Assembly: GCA_019828565.1 (NCBI GenBank)
Contig: JAHDYR010000001.1
Coordinates: forward strand, 186,001 to 250,000
Reading direction: 5' to 3'
Length of the DNA: 64,000 nt
Source of the DNA: Carpediemonas membranifera BICM
Taxonomy: Eukaryota; Protista; Fornicata
Within the stretch, counting starts at the first letter, position 1, and every line of letters begins with the position of its first letter. Below, piece after piece: positions 11,173 through 23,219 of the stretch. The position numbers and the translations under genes are program-made. Under the pieces are notes generated by a model. That model saw only the letters and a program-made list of their open reading frames with translations. It was not told the origin of the DNA and searched no databases.

Positions 11173-11994
11173 ATGCGTTATACGCTCTTCATTCTGATTG
11201 TCATCATTATCATTCCACTACTTGTGTCTGTTTCTACATACTATGTTGTTAACTCCCCGCCGGAATCGAGGGAAGTGCTCATGCGAGTCCTTGGTGCCAT
11301 CTTTGCAGGTCTGGGGCACAATAGCGGGCTCCAGATGACCAAAAGCAGCAATAACACTGTCTTTACTAGTGATTATTCGAAAACAAAGCACTCCTGTGCA
11401 CTTTCTACCGAGAAGGCAATTGCCCGAGCCCTCGCTCATGAAGCGGGCCGCCACATCTGCGACCGAGCCACGCAGCACATATTCAGCGTATCACAGGCCA
11501 TCACTATCGCCAAATCTGGCTGCAAGCTGACTAGTGAGGACCGCACACAGATTGACGAACACGTGCGAGCCATCATCAACGGGACAGACATGGACACCGG
11601 TCTGGTGGGTGTTCATGCAGCTATTGAGGACGGCAGACCCGTGCTATGGTCTGCTGAACCCAGAGGCATACTGGCTTGCCGTGTTCGCGCACTATTGTCC
11701 AACAACGCGTTGGTCGTGCTTGTCCTGGGCCTCGGTCTATTCGCACTTTCTCTCGCAATCCGGAAGCGGCGGGAACGCACTGGGCGGCTAGCTGCCCTCG
11801 GCCTCATCATCCAAACTATTCTATCGACACACACGTCAGGCCTACCTCCGGCCAAGATCGTTGAGATCATCGAGCAGCGTGGGGTCAGAGTCGGCCAGGG
11901 GGACATGGATGCGGTGTGCAGTTTACTGCTGAGTGAGGGCCGCATCGAGTGTGTGGGCGTTCGTGGAGCAATCGTGTGGCGCAGACTTACGTGA
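11173..11994 (+). CDS. Two-TM protein resembling the MAN1/Src1 (MSC) inner nuclear membrane family; 5' end uncertain
   Basis: Two TM helices around a Cys-containing luminal domain. Basic RKRRER after TM2. C-terminal winged-helix-like ending ...EGRIECV..GAIVWR. Confidence 0.4.
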   Translation: MRYTLFILIVIIIIPLLVSVSTYYVVNSPPESREVLMRVLGAIFAGLGHNSGLQMTKSSNNTVFTSDYSKTKHSCALSTEKAIARALAHEAGRHICDRATQHIFSVSQAITIAKSGCKLTSEDRTQIDEHVRAIINGTDMDTGLVGVHAAIEDGRPVLWSAEPRGILACRVRALLSNNALVVLVLGLGLFALSLAIRKRRERTGRLAALGLIIQTILSTHTSGLPPAKIVEIIEQRGVRVGQGDMDAVCSLLLSEGRIECVGVRGAIVWRRLT

Positions 11995-12366
11995 TGGGCG
12001 GGTACCTATGTAAATGAGCAGCAGACGGTGGGCGGAGGAGGGGCTGAGTGTATTGAGGTTATGGTTAGTCTGCTATAGCTGCCCTCGTTATCTCATGACC
12101 ATTGGCCGGCGGAGATAGATATGCATCCCCAGGTTTGCTGGACCATGAATGGCCTTGTAGTACACGAACTGAGTGATTCCATGGTCTAAGTCGAGCCGGC
12201 GGATGTTCCAGCACCTCAGTGACTGTGACTGAGAGCTAGATTTGGAGCCCGACATCATAATCGCGCGAAGAAGAGTGTTGACTAATCTGCGTTCTTTCCT
12301 GAACGGTGCGACGGACGAAGGGCTTCTTTTCCGCCCTCAGAGCAAACAGTCAGGTATACACGTGCA

Positions 12367-13305
12367 ATGTTTGTTCTTTTGTTCGATCTCGGGCTCTCCG
12401 CTCTCCAAATCGTCTTCATGTGCGTATCGGCGCTTAGTTTCTTCTTTTTCCTCGCCAGATACACACTGACCAAGAAATTCCACACCACATACTTTGATAG
12501 GGTGTTGTGTATCCTAGTTGCCGACTTTTTCAAGGTCACGGCGCTCATGCTGTATCAAGTATTCTGGATTCTATTCATTGCCCTTAGCTACGTCGCAATA
12601 CTGTTCCCCGCGCTCTCAGTAAGCGCTGTATTCAACTTCATCTCATACATGATGGTTCTTACAGCCTTTATCTCGTCCTTTTTCATGTACGCAGAGCTCG
12701 TCCTGACCCTTTTCCTGGCAATCTTCTTCGTACGCTTAGTAACGACTCGAACACCCTCAATGAAGCGCTACCCGCTCGGCTTCCCCCTTCGTGTACATAT
12801 CATAGCTCTTGTGTCCACTATAGTAATACAAATCTTCAGAGTCACTGGCCTTTACGTAATTCCCCTGCTCCAGTATATAAGTAGGATATATTTCCTCCTA
12901 TTCTACATAATCAACGTAATTCTCATGTCTCTGTGCTTCTATCATCTAATCATGCGCACTTTGAAGGAGAGCCGCAGCAGTCTCATGCTACAGCTCAACA
13001 TGGCTCGTTTCCTATTCGTTGTGCTCTCAGCCTGCGTCCTAGGATGGTTCCCTATGGTGGTTCATATCATATTTATATTCTTCACTGCGACTATTAGTGT
13101 ATCTGCGACCGGGGCTTCCGTTGAGCATCGGATTTACCAACTACTGATGACACTCAGCCATCTGCAGCTCACAATCATTGTGGTCAGTCATAACATGCCG
13201 AAGAAAGCTTGGGCGATCCTTCTTCTCCCGTTCAAGCCGCTAGTGGTGTGGAAGGAGCGGCGATCTGTGGTTCAACGACCCTGGGGTTACCCCGCCGTCG
13301 AGTGA
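12367..13305 (+). CDS. Polytopic membrane protein (~7 TM, GPCR-like topology), function unknown
   Basis: 312-aa ORF with about 7 hydrophobic segments. Confidence 0.6.
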   Translation: MFVLLFDLGLSALQIVFMCVSALSFFFFLARYTLTKKFHTTYFDRVLCILVADFFKVTALMLYQVFWILFIALSYVAILFPALSVSAVFNFISYMMVLTAFISSFFMYAELVLTLFLAIFFVRLVTTRTPSMKRYPLGFPLRVHIIALVSTIVIQIFRVTGLYVIPLLQYISRIYFLLFYIINVILMSLCFYHLIMRTLKESRSSLMLQLNMARFLFVVLSACVLGWFPMVVHIIFIFFTATISVSATGASVEHRIYQLLMTLSHLQLTIIVVSHNMPKKAWAILLLPFKPLVVWKERRSVVQRPWGYPAVE

Positions 13306-13342
13306 GCGTGACGTATTGTGTTATAGTCGGGTCAGGTTAGCG

Positions 13343-13790
13343 TTATAAATTAGCAGCACTCCGGGTTGGGGACAGGTTGGGGAGTCGTGATGTGGGCGTG
13401 ACCTGCCTCCGGTTCGCGCTGACCGTGGCTGACAGATTGCAGCGGGGGCACGTGACGGTGCGCTGCCTCGCGACGCCCTCGGGCAGGTCGACTGTCTGGC
13501 GCGGCGCCATCTCGCACTCACCGCCGAAGTGGGCCATGTGCTCTTCCTCGTTGGCCACGCGGAGCAGGCACTTGTGGCAGAAGTCCTGGCCGTACCAGCA
13601 TCGGCATCCAAGTCGCCCTTGTCCGGTCATGACTAACACCCCAGCTGGCGGGCTCCCACGATCAGGTGAAAAGGATGCGGCCATCAGACGAGAATTCAGA
13701 CAGCGCCGAGAATAAGAATGCCCGTTGATAACCACACAGCCGTTGCAGCCAACCTCAGTCCATGTCCAGACTTGGCCACAACACGAGAGA
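13343..13790 (-). CDS. Small Cys-rich, RING/zinc-finger-like hypothetical protein; boundaries uncertain
   Basis: CRC...FCHKC...CPRC in ORF 13343-13735, with more Cys pairs upstream in frame. Confidence 0.35.
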
Positions 13791-13933
13791 CTCTGCCCGA
13801 GACTTCCACACCAATCTCATGATGCCACCCATCCCGAGTCGAGAGGATAATCAGGCGTAACCACAGTAAACTTGATTAAATACGTAAATTTAGTAGCCAA
13901 ACCGACGGTAATCACATCATCTTTCCCATACAG

Positions 13934-15802
13934 TCAGGTCGACTGAAACAACCTCATCTTATTCCCGAGTGGCAGCACCGAACTTGCTCTATGCAGCTTG
14001 ACATGCCGGGCCAGACTCCGCTGCGTATAAAGCACAAGGGCCCCACACAACTGGCACCGCACCCTGCCCGAGAGGCGGCCAGGATAGTGGTGCACCGAAA
14101 GAAGTCGGACACTGGGCCTCGGAACCAAGGCCGCACCATCACCACCCCCGTCACTGGCCGAAGCAAGGCTGCTGTACTCGTACTCCTCGGATGGTTGGTA
14201 GATAAACTCCTCAATTTCAATATCGGAGTCGACAAGAGTCACTTGTCGGCCAGAGGAGGAGGCAGGGGACTCGCCGACTTCAATCTCAACGGCTGGGTCG
14301 CTCAGCTCGGAAGCCGACTCGGAAGAGTCGGATGGTGAATCTGATTCGGTAGATTCGGCCATATCTGCCATATCTAGGGCCATAGCAGCCGTCTGGGTCT
14401 CCAAACGCCGACGAACATGAGGAGCCGGCACTTTCCTTAGCAATGGCGGCCTGGTGAATTCCGGCAAATTCTGAGTCTTTTCCGGCATTTGTGTCGGACT
14501 TTGACTCATCAAGAGTCGCACAGTTCTCATCGCGTCGCCTCTTTCCTTAGCCTTTCGAGCAGCAGCCGACCTCGTTGACCCCGGCACCTCAGACGGCGTA
14601 TCCGGCAGGGGCACTCCAGGCAAGTCAGCCAGGGCATGTAGGTCAGGGGTGGTCACCTTCAGGTACTGGGTCAGGCCAGTCTTCAGGGGTGGCGGGGTCG
14701 ACCAGTTGTCCAGTAAAACCTCGCTCTCACTGCCCAGAGCTGCTACGGACGGGGCCAGGGCCGCTGCTGCCCGCTGGGTGAGGGAGTCGAGCGCGGCTGA
14801 CCAGTAGAGGCGGGCGGCCCGATGGATGGCTAGGCGAACCTTGTCGGGGATGTGCACAGCGGCAAGGGAGGACCGCAGCGTGGCTGGGATCTTGCCGGTG
14901 TGGGTTGACTGAGAAATGATTGATTCAACGAGAATCTGGGCGTTCGTCTCGGCCGAGTTCGCGAGGTCGAGGAAGATGGGCCCATTTGAGGCATATGAGA
15001 CGTCTACAGGCTCAATATCAACTTCATAGCCCAGATCAGCAACGCATCTCTTGATTGACTCCTGGATCGACTCGCCGTCTTCTCTTGACGAGCTCAACTT
15101 GAGCCTGTATCTGAAGAGACCAACATCCGACACTCGGCCCATGGCAAGTCGGTTCAGTACTCGAGAGACACGTGCTGACGCAACACGGAGAGATTCAAAG
15201 TGCGCTGGGACAAGCTTGAGGCCCTTGGGGATGTGGTGCATGGGCATGGGGGCGCTGGGGGTCGCCCCGAGGGCTATGGCTGCAGGGTTGGCGTCCAGGA
15301 TAGCGTCTCTACTGTATACAGCTACCGGCTGCCCTTCCAAGCTGGAGTAGGTCTGAAGGGCCGCGGAGACCATCGCTGTGCGGACGCTGACGGCGTAGTA
15401 GCTGGACTGCAGGAGCGGTGCGGGAACCATGGCCCCTATGGAGTACGGCGTGTCAGGCACAGGTGTGTATGAAGCAGGCGGGGCTGTGGGCGTCGTGAGG
15501 GGGCGGATGGCGGCTGGCGGAGTGTGTTGGGAGGGCGTGTAGCGCTGTAGCTGTTCTACGACACACGTCATTTCCTTGCATTCGGGTTCCTTTGTGGTCT
15601 TGCTCGATGTTCGCGGTCCATTCGACATGTTTTGGCTTTTCGTTCTTGCAGAGATAGCTTGGGCATGCCGTCGTCTCTTGGCAAGTATATGAGGCATTGT
15701 CAATGAATCTGTCGTGTTTGTATCGCTCTCAGAGCTATACATCATGGAATCATACTGCGCACCGCTCATGGCGCACATGCTGCCAGTTGTCCGCCAAGTC
15801 AT
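13934..15802 (-). CDS. Hypothetical protein with C-terminal BED/C2H2-type zinc finger
   Basis: 622-aa ORF ending RVRCQLCGALVLYTQRSLARHVKLH. Confidence 0.6.
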   Translation of the reverse strand: MTWRTTGSMCAMSGAQYDSMMYSSESDTNTTDSLTMPHILAKRRRHAQAISARTKSQNMSNGPRTSSKTTKEPECKEMTCVVEQLQRYTPSQHTPPAAIRPLTTPTAPPASYTPVPDTPYSIGAMVPAPLLQSSYYAVSVRTAMVSAALQTYSSLEGQPVAVYSRDAILDANPAAIALGATPSAPMPMHHIPKGLKLVPAHFESLRVASARVSRVLNRLAMGRVSDVGLFRYRLKLSSSREDGESIQESIKRCVADLGYEVDIEPVDVSYASNGPIFLDLANSAETNAQILVESIISQSTHTGKIPATLRSSLAAVHIPDKVRLAIHRAARLYWSAALDSLTQRAAAALAPSVAALGSESEVLLDNWSTPPPLKTGLTQYLKVTTPDLHALADLPGVPLPDTPSEVPGSTRSAAARKAKERGDAMRTVRLLMSQSPTQMPEKTQNLPEFTRPPLLRKVPAPHVRRRLETQTAAMALDMADMAESTESDSPSDSSESASELSDPAVEIEVGESPASSSGRQVTLVDSDIEIEEFIYQPSEEYEYSSLASASDGGGDGAALVPRPSVRLLSVHHYPGRLSGRVRCQLCGALVLYTQRSLARHVKLHRASSVLPLGNKMRLFQST

Positions 15803-16004
15803 TTATATTGTTACATGTGGACTCCTGGGGCAGCACTTATCATGTAACAACACTACTTTCCGCCACAAACACGATTAGCCGACTGCCGCCGTTCCTCCAT
15901 GCTCACATCACAGACTACGAACAGCATCGTCAGGGACCCTCCAACCACCGCCTCCCAACCCCAACCTTAACCGATGTTTACCACTGCGGCAGGTGCCAAT
16001 ACCA

Positions 16005-18194
16005 TCACCGCTTCAACTCATCCGCCACCTTCCTGGCGAGCACGGGGCCCGTCCACCCAGCACCAACGAGACCAGATGCCACGTCGACCTCCATGGAAGA
16101 GTTCACCGACCCCGCCTCGCTCCTAAGCCGAGTCCCCCTCACCACGGGCAGGGCGGCGAGTTCTTTCTTCGAGGCCGGGCCCTGGACCATGGGAGGCGTC
16201 TCGGCCCGGTCGACACAGTCAAATAACTGGGGACTCCGAGGGCCGGAGCCGGTAATGCTGCCGTGGGATACGGTGACTGAGATCGAGTCGTCATCCCAGC
16301 CGATCGACTCAAAGAACGACTCGCCAGAGTCTGCCCGAGAAGGAAGTGGGGCTGCGCGGACGAAGCGGACAGGGGCAGTGGACTGGGGCTCTACGGCTAC
16401 GACGGGGTATGCAGCGCTGGTCCACCTTCCCTGTTGGACCTGCTTGATGATGTAGTGGATGTTACCGACGTTACCAGTGGCCACGGGTGAGGCGTCGGGG
16501 CCGAGGAGTTGGTAGATGGGAAGGATGGACGCCGGCTCGGCCTGGGCGATGGCGAGCAGGGTTGAGTCAGGGAGGACTGCCTGGGCGCACTCGTCGGCCG
16601 CTCTAGCAACAGAATCACGCCACTCAAACAGGGCAATGGCTATGAGTTGTTGGACGTGGGAAAGAAGGGCGCCAGGACTGCCCTGTTGGAAGAGATAGCG
16701 GGCAGATAGGGAAGTGAGCATCGTCCGCTGGTAGCAGTCTGCTGTTCGAGACACCGAGTTGAGCCAGGCAGCCCGGCTCATGTCGCGATCATAGCCCAGG
16801 TCAATGGCCCGGAGCTGGGCCATGATACGACCTGCTACGTAGCATAGGTAGTGGGTGTCACCCTGTGCATACTTGCACATGGCCCTCGAGAGCGGTCTGA
16901 GCGTCCAATCGGCGGTCTGGAGACGCTTATCTGGGTGGAATCCGCAGTATATGTGAAGCAGCGCGGCGAGTGACTTCTGGCCCTTGTATGTGTCGATAGA
17001 GTGGCCGTTGTAGGAGGCGCGACAGTCTTCGGGGATCGGGATCTGATCGAGGACTGTTATGGCCTCATATGTATCGAGCATATTAACAATGTAAATGCCG
17101 AAGTCACGCTGGAGCCAGCGAACATCGTTGCGCGCGCCATGGAAGACTTTGAGGATTCGTGCGTTGGCAAAGACGTCTCTGAGCATATACATGTGTGGAT
17201 ACAGGGCCAATGTATCAAGTAAATAGTCCCTTGGAGCTCCAGCATGCGTGGTAATCTGCACCAAGCAAGTCAAGCCCTCAAACGAACACTCTGCGTTATG
17301 CTCTACGTCCACGGCGATGAAGGGACACATGTTAATCTCGGACACGAGGGCAGCGAGTTCCTCCTGCGTCTGAATGAGTGTAAAAGGCGTGTCATTCAGC
17401 GAGGCCGGCTCCTCTACGTGCATTAGAGCGCCAGGGAGTCGAACCTTGAGCTGTTCCGTTGCTTGTCTTCTCGAGTCGGACCTTACCACGAGACCGGAGT
17501 CCAGCAGCCCGTCAGCAGGCTCTACAGTGACACTGGGTGCGTTGTATATCGCGTGGTAGACACTAGCGGTCTCCTGCGCGTACGGATGGGTGCGGACGTC
17601 GGGGAAGGATGGGGATTGGCGGAGGGTGTCGAGGGAAGGGGGTGCGTAGTCGTCCAGGTAGTGGTACTTCATATGGCGTTGGGCCATGCCTGTGTCGGGC
17701 TCGGTAAGGTCTGGGACGAAGGGGAGGTTGGTGTTGTCGCGCTCGGGTTTCTTAACGGCGAAGGAAACGCCCATAGCGGCTACTCCCGCGGGAGCTGCGA
17801 GGCGCTGGACAGGAGTGGAAGACTCAAGGCCAAGGTTGATGTCTTTGCGGGCGGCAGTAAGCGTTTGGCGGATGGGTTCGACCATTTGGCTGTATGGGAC
17901 GGACAGATCGTCCGCGGGGATCGTTTCGGTGGGCTGGGCAGCAGAACCGGACCATATGATAAACGGAGAAGCGATTTCCTTCCAGATCTTCTCTGTAATC
18001 GCCTTCACCTTCTCTTTGTACTGAGCATTGTCGCTGTACACTGTGGAATGGCCGGGAGGGCTATTGACAACCGCCTGCGACGATGTAATCACGTCTTTAG
18101 CAAGCTGGAATCCCTTCAAAGACCATTCGCTGGGTTCAAAGGCTTTTCCACTCATTTCGTTGCTCGAAATTTCCTCGCAAAAATGCGGAAGCAT
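16005..18194 (-). CDS. RRP6: Exosome-associated 3'-5' exoribonuclease Rrp6/EXOSC10
   Basis: IAVDVEH...SFEGLTCLVQIT, KVFHGA..DVRWLQRDFG, ADWTLRPL..M.KYAQGDTHYL, and HRDC motif WRDSVARAADE. Start codon uncertain. Confidence 0.93.
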   Translation of the reverse strand: MLPHFCEEISSNEMSGKAFEPSEWSLKGFQLAKDVITSSQAVVNSPPGHSTVYSDNAQYKEKVKAITEKIWKEIASPFIIWSGSAAQPTETIPADDLSVPYSQMVEPIRQTLTAARKDINLGLESSTPVQRLAAPAGVAAMGVSFAVKKPERDNTNLPFVPDLTEPDTGMAQRHMKYHYLDDYAPPSLDTLRQSPSFPDVRTHPYAQETASVYHAIYNAPSVTVEPADGLLDSGLVVRSDSRRQATEQLKVRLPGALMHVEEPASLNDTPFTLIQTQEELAALVSEINMCPFIAVDVEHNAECSFEGLTCLVQITTHAGAPRDYLLDTLALYPHMYMLRDVFANARILKVFHGARNDVRWLQRDFGIYIVNMLDTYEAITVLDQIPIPEDCRASYNGHSIDTYKGQKSLAALLHIYCGFHPDKRLQTADWTLRPLSRAMCKYAQGDTHYLCYVAGRIMAQLRAIDLGYDRDMSRAAWLNSVSRTADCYQRTMLTSLSARYLFQQGSPGALLSHVQQLIAIALFEWRDSVARAADECAQAVLPDSTLLAIAQAEPASILPIYQLLGPDASPVATGNVGNIHYIIKQVQQGRWTSAAYPVVAVEPQSTAPVRFVRAAPLPSRADSGESFFESIGWDDDSISVTVSHGSITGSGPRSPQLFDCVDRAETPPMVQGPASKKELAALPVVRGTRLRSEAGSVNSSMEVDVASGLVGAGWTGPVLARKVADELKR

Positions 18195-18339
18195 CAAGGA
18201 CACAAGCGGCTTTAGGAGACCAAACTACATTCCACCTGACCCAACCCACTGCTTCATGTCCAACCAGCCGCCCGGACAATATTTCACCCGTCACCACAGC
18301 GACTACATCGACTCTGTGTATGACGTGCAGCCCGACAAA

Positions 18340-19544
18340 AAGTTGCCGCGCTGGCTCTGCACAGTGACGCTTTACATACATATACAGTAGCATGCAACTA
18401 AACAGCCTCAGCGCTCGCCTTTCTCGACGACCTTCGTTGTCCCGTCCATGTAGTAGATCTCCACCTGCCCGCTCAGAAGGTGCTTCTCGATCTGCCCCGT
18501 CTTGAACCGGTAGACCTCCACGCCGTCGGGCAGCGTGGTCATGAGGGTGTGGACGTCGGCGTAGAGGTAGACCTGCATGCCGTCCGGGAACGACTTCTTG
18601 AGGTCACCGTTGTAGAACTGCACAATCTCGGTCCCGTCGGGCATTACCGTCTTCTGCGTCCCGTTGACGAACTTCACGGTCTGCACGCCGCTCTCATACC
18701 GCGTGCCAACACGCTTGTTGGCCTCCTTCACCGCGACGGGCTCGCCGCTGCACATCTCCTCGAGCTCGGCTTGCACCGAGTCGATGAGCTCGCTCGGCGT
18801 GGCGAAGGGAAGGCCGAGATCGGGTACGCCCCTCGCTGCGGGTGCTGGGCGTCCTGTGTCCGGCCTGTACGCGGGCTCGGCCAAGGCTGCGCGAGTCTCC
18901 CGGGTCCGCTCTTCAATGGCCGCCTGGTTGCGCGCGAACTCGGTCTTGCGGGCTTCTAGCGTGCGTCTGGCCTCTGTCAGCGACCGCGCGAAACGCTCCG
19001 TCGTGATGGTGCCCGAGGCGACCTTGTTCTTGAGCTGCGTCTGGGCCAGCGAGATATGCGATTCCAGCGTGCGGAGATGCTCGGTCGCGTGGGCAATCTG
19101 GTCGCGGAGGTCCGTTTCGTCACGCATGAGCGAGTCGCGGCTCCTGTTGCGGTTCCCCGCGGCGCTGCTTCTGGAGGATCTTCATCCGCTCCTCGTGCTC
19201 GAAAATAAGCGCACGCTCGCGCTCTTGGTACTTCTCGCTCTCCTTCATCACTGCTGGCTCCTCTGCTGGCCGGGAAACCGCCACAGGCTTGGGTGCCGCT
19301 TCCACCATCGATGCGGCGACCTCTTGCTGCACAGACTTCTCCAAAATAGCAAAGTCTTCTAAGTCCGCGCGGTCTTTCTCGCTAAGCCATGCGAATGCCG
19401 CCATTCGCTCGAAAAAACGCTTGATGGTGACTTTGCGTATTTCGCATAGCGACGACAGCTTGTCAGCGAGTGCCCATCCGCTTGGCTGGGCCACAAATCA
19501 CTCACATTGCCTCCGCGAGGTGACATGGCCGTGTGAGTGCTCTG
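18340..19544. repeat. Copy 2 of the ~1.2-kb duplication
   Basis: Matches 8129-9332 except for a +1 C near 19155 and two substitutions. Confidence 0.97.
18408..19526 (-). pseudogene. SAS4: Duplicate SAS-4/CENPJ, frameshifted and lacking the first ATG
   Basis: gttcccgcgg (8941) becomes gttccccgcgg (~19152), splitting the gene into ORFs 19120-19494 and 18408-19127. The duplicated segment stops short of the ATG equivalent to 9347. The frameshift could be a homopolymer sequencing error. Confidence 0.7.
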
Positions 19545-19861
19545 TTTACATTATAGCACCACATGCACTTTGGGACCAGCACCCGATCGCCGGCACAACG
19601 CTGATAACGCACCGTCCCTGCCGTTCAGCGTTGGAGGAGGAGGTGCTAGTCAGCGCCAGGCAGGCATCGGCACATTGACGTTAAAAGATTACCTACCTTC
19701 CGATTGCCGTGGGGAATTGACCAATTTTCTTTTCAATTCTTGCAAAATAGCACACTCTGGAGGTATACCAAGCCCACACTACCCGCGTGTGGGGAGCCGC
19801 GTGTTGCACAAAATCGGTCTTTGAAAGTCAAGCTTCTCGAGAAAGACTATCGCAAGCAGCA

Positions 19862-21327
19862 ATGGCCTTCCCTAAAAGCGCTATGCTTGGCGTAGCTGGT
19901 ATGCTCACCTTTGGTACGGGCACTATGATCTCGGCTAAGCTCATGCTGGACATGAGCGCCAAGGGCCTTAGCAGTGCTCCGCCTCACAAGTTTGAGAAGC
20001 CCATCTTCCAATCCATCATCATGTTCTGGGGCATGGCTGTCTGCATCGTGTTTGTTACTCCATCTGTGTCGCTTGGTAGCGTCAGTTCTGGCGCGATACA
20101 TTGTTTCGCTGCGACCGGGTTTCGTCCTTCGCTTACTCAGCCTCCACTTCATGGTCATGGGCTTCAAGTACGGCATGAAGACCTTCAAGGCCCAGCGCGC
20201 CGCTAGCCGCGCCGAGTCTTCCTCCGACGCCGGCAACCTCCTTGCCGAGGACGTCGAGACTCCCAAGGACGATGTCGAGTCCCTCGTCGAGTCCGAGGCC
20301 GAGCCCATGTCTCTCCAGGCCAAGATCTGGGACGAGGCCCGCGGCTACATCTACATCGCTGTCCCTGCCACCTTCGATCTGCTTGCCACCACTCTCATGA
20401 CCTTCGGCCTCATCTTCATCGATGTGTCCGTCATGCAGATGCTCCGTGGCTCCATGGTTATCTTCTCTGCCCTCCTTTCCGTCACCGTCCTCCGCAAGCA
20501 CCTCCGCCTCTACCAGTGGACTGGTGTCGCCACCGTCGCCCTCGCCTGCGCCATGGTCGGTGTCTCTTGCATCATGGGCGCCCGCGGCTCTTCTAACTCC
20601 CGCCCCGCTGCCCAGCAGGCTCTCGGCTGCCTCTGCGTCGTCGGCTCCCAGTTCATCCAGGCCTCTCAGATCGTCGCCGAGGAGATCCTCCTCCACGGCG
20701 TCAAGGCCGCCCCCCTGCAGGTTGTCGGCATGGAGGGTGTCTGGGGCTCCCTGATCACGATGTTCGTCGTCTACCCCATCGCCATGCTCGTCCCTGGCTC
20801 TGACCCCGCCTTCCCCCTCCCCTACAAGCCCATGGAGAACGTGTTCGATGACTTCGCTATGATGTTCAACAACAAGCTGATCTTCACCTTCTCCTGCATC
20901 TACTTCATCTGCATCCTCGTCCTCAACTACTCTGGCATGCTCGTGACGTCTGCCCTCACTGCCGTTCACCGCACCATCTTTGAGGCCGTCCGCACCCTCG
21001 CTATCTGGATCACCGATCTCTTCATCTACTACCTCGTCATCTCTGGCGGCCGCCACACTGTCTACGGCGAGCGCTTCGACCTGACCTGGTCGTTCCTCCA
21101 GGCCGCTGGCTTCGCCACCCTCGTCTTCGGCATGGCCATGTATGTCCCTACATCGCATTCTTACCTAGCTACAACGATCTTATCCGTCTGCCCGGCATGT
21201 TTGTTCTTTGATTTATGTGTTACATAGCGTCTTCAAGTACGGCGATGAGGTCCCCGCCCCCGAGGCCAAGGACGTCGAGATGGCCGAGAGCGAGACCCTC
21301 TCTGACATCCAGGAGGACCTTGTTTAA
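19862..21327 (+). CDS. SLC35F6-like nucleotide-sugar/drug-metabolite transporter; introns 20050-20140, 21140-21168, 21199-21227
   Basis: FEKPIFQSIIMFWGM, PATFDLLATTL, SVMQMLRGSMVIFSA, VGMEGVWG, HRTIFEAVRT. Three GT-AG introns restore one frame ending ...EDLV-TAA. Confidence 0.85.
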
Positions 21328-21449
21328 ACCTAATATAAAGGATCATTTTCCGATGATGATACCCGCCGCCGGGAGTTGTTTGATAGAGGAGATAAAGGAG
21401 AGGCGGCACAAAGGCTGTAACAGCAAAGGACTTAAGTAGTTTAAAGAAC

Positions 21450-22070
21450 TTAAGAACGGCGAGGCCACATGATAGTGGTCTGGTTGCGGCGCCAGGCAGC
21501 ACGGCGGGAGCCACCGATGACGTGGTTGGCACCGTGGTGGTGGTAACGGAAGCCACGGCCCTTGCGGCCAGAGGAAGTCAGGCCACGGAGCTCACGGTGA
21601 CGGTGGACGGAACCGGCGATCCACTGGATAGCGGGGTCGTTGCGGATGGCGGCGTGGTTGGGATCCACAAGGATGACCTCATACCAGTGGTAGGAACCGT
21701 CGGAGTTCACCCAGTAGGAGTTGAGGACACGGAGAGAGCCAAGACGACGGCCGGCACGCATCTCAGCGACGGTCTGGAGGCTGCGGAAAGACTTCTGCTC
21801 GGAGACACCCTGGTTGCGGGGCTTACCGTGAACCATGCCCTTGACGAGGGAACGCTTGCGGCCACCCTTGCACACACGGACGCGGTAGACAACGTAACCC
21901 TGCTTGGCCTTGTAGCCAAGCATGCGAGCCTTCTCGGGACGAGTGGGGCGGGAAACGCGGTTGATCGCGGATTCCTGGCGGTACTGCCAGCCACGGGTAC
22001 GGAAAAGGAAACGCATGACATCAGACTGCTTGTGCTTCCAGATGGCGGAAAGATATGCGGCGGAACCCAT
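21450..22070 (-). CDS. RPL15: 60S ribosomal protein L15 (eL15)
   Basis: [44 protein letters not shown]. Confidence 0.98.
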   Translation of the reverse strand: MGSAAYLSAIWKHKQSDVMRFLFRTRGWQYRQESAINRVSRPTRPEKARMLGYKAKQGYVVYRVRVCKGGRKRSLVKGMVHGKPRNQGVSEQKSFRSLQTVAEMRAGRRLGSLRVLNSYWVNSDGSYHWYEVILVDPNHAAIRNDPAIQWIAGSVHRHRELRGLTSSGRKGRGFRYHHHGANHVIGGSRRAAWRRNQTTIMWPRRS

Positions 22071-22214
22071 GATTCGTTTGAACGCTGTGCTCTCTGCGTG
22101 CATAAAAAAAAAGTGATTAATTCAAAGGACTGCCGACCAGGCCAACAAATCAGAGGCCCAAAATCGTGCATGCCGATGCTGCTTCTTTAATATGGTATGA
22201 ATAATCTGCTCGGT

Positions 22215-22921
22215 TCAGAAAAAGTCGTCTGCCAGCGCCATGTTCAGCATCGCCGCCCTTGCCGGCTTCTTCTCCGTTAATACCGGGGCCATCTTCCTCT
22301 TCACCGGGGCAGGGAGGGGCTTGGCCACCTCATTCTCCGCCTTTCCAAGGATTGAGGCCTGCTCGTGCTCCTTGGCTGTGACCTTGCATCCATTGATGAC
22401 AGTGAGCTGCGGGAGGAGGGTGAGGAGCTTCACTCTGAAGTTCTCTATGTTGCACACCGGGTTTCTACCGACATAAAGCTCCTTGAGCTTGGGCAGGGAG
22501 GCCAGCTTGCCGAGCTCTGCCAGTGACGATATGTTGTTGTGGTATAGGTCTGTATAAGGGTGTATGGAGGTGCTACGTACTAATAGACTCCAATAGGGGC
22601 AGGTTGCTGGCCGACAGGAAGGAGGAGATGGTCTCTACGCTGTTGTCGGCGACGAGGAGGACTCGAAGGGAAGGAATGAGCGGGAACTCGCCAAGATGCG
22701 TGATGAGGTTGAACGATAGGTCAATACCATCAAACATGGACTGTGTGATATGGGTATAGCTGCAACGTACTTCGATTACTGCAAGGTTCTCGATCATAGC
22801 GACCTGGAGCTCTGTGTCAGCGCGAAATGGGTCACATACCTCGTAGATAGAGCATTCTGTGCCCAATAGGGTTCAGGCATTGCGGAGCATTGAGCAGAAG
22901 CTCGGGTGTTAGTTTCGTCAT
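22215..22921 (-). CDS. SNRPA1: U2 snRNP protein A' (LRR); introns 22812-22839, 22741-22770, 22550-22580
   Basis: Spliced product MTKLTPELLLNAPQCLNPIGHRMLYLRELQVAMIENL...FDGIDLSFN...NPVCNIENFR follows the U2A' consensus. Confidence 0.9.
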
Positions 22922-23219
22922 CGTCGCGACTTGACGACTTGAAGACTGCGACACCCTCGGATAAGAGAGCCACATATACCATGTATTTCGAGTTGAATGG
23001 CCCACTCGTGCCCTGAGTGTGAAGTGCAGTGGCTAGCTTAGCTCTGACCCGACTACAACGCCCGGTAAATCATGGCCACGCCCCTCCTTCCCAACACGAG
23101 TCAGAGAATGGTTTATCGACTCACCTTGGCCTTGATACATGTCTAGACTTACTCAATTCATCGGCCATGCCATACTTGTTCAATCGCTCAGCCATCCACA
23201 ATGTCAAGTCACCCCGTGT

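Noticed and set aside
18256-18339. Short ORF start MSNQPPGQYFTRHHSDYIDSVYDVQPD, vaguely WD40-like and cut by the duplication
   Set aside because: Too short; no convincing continuation beyond 19544.
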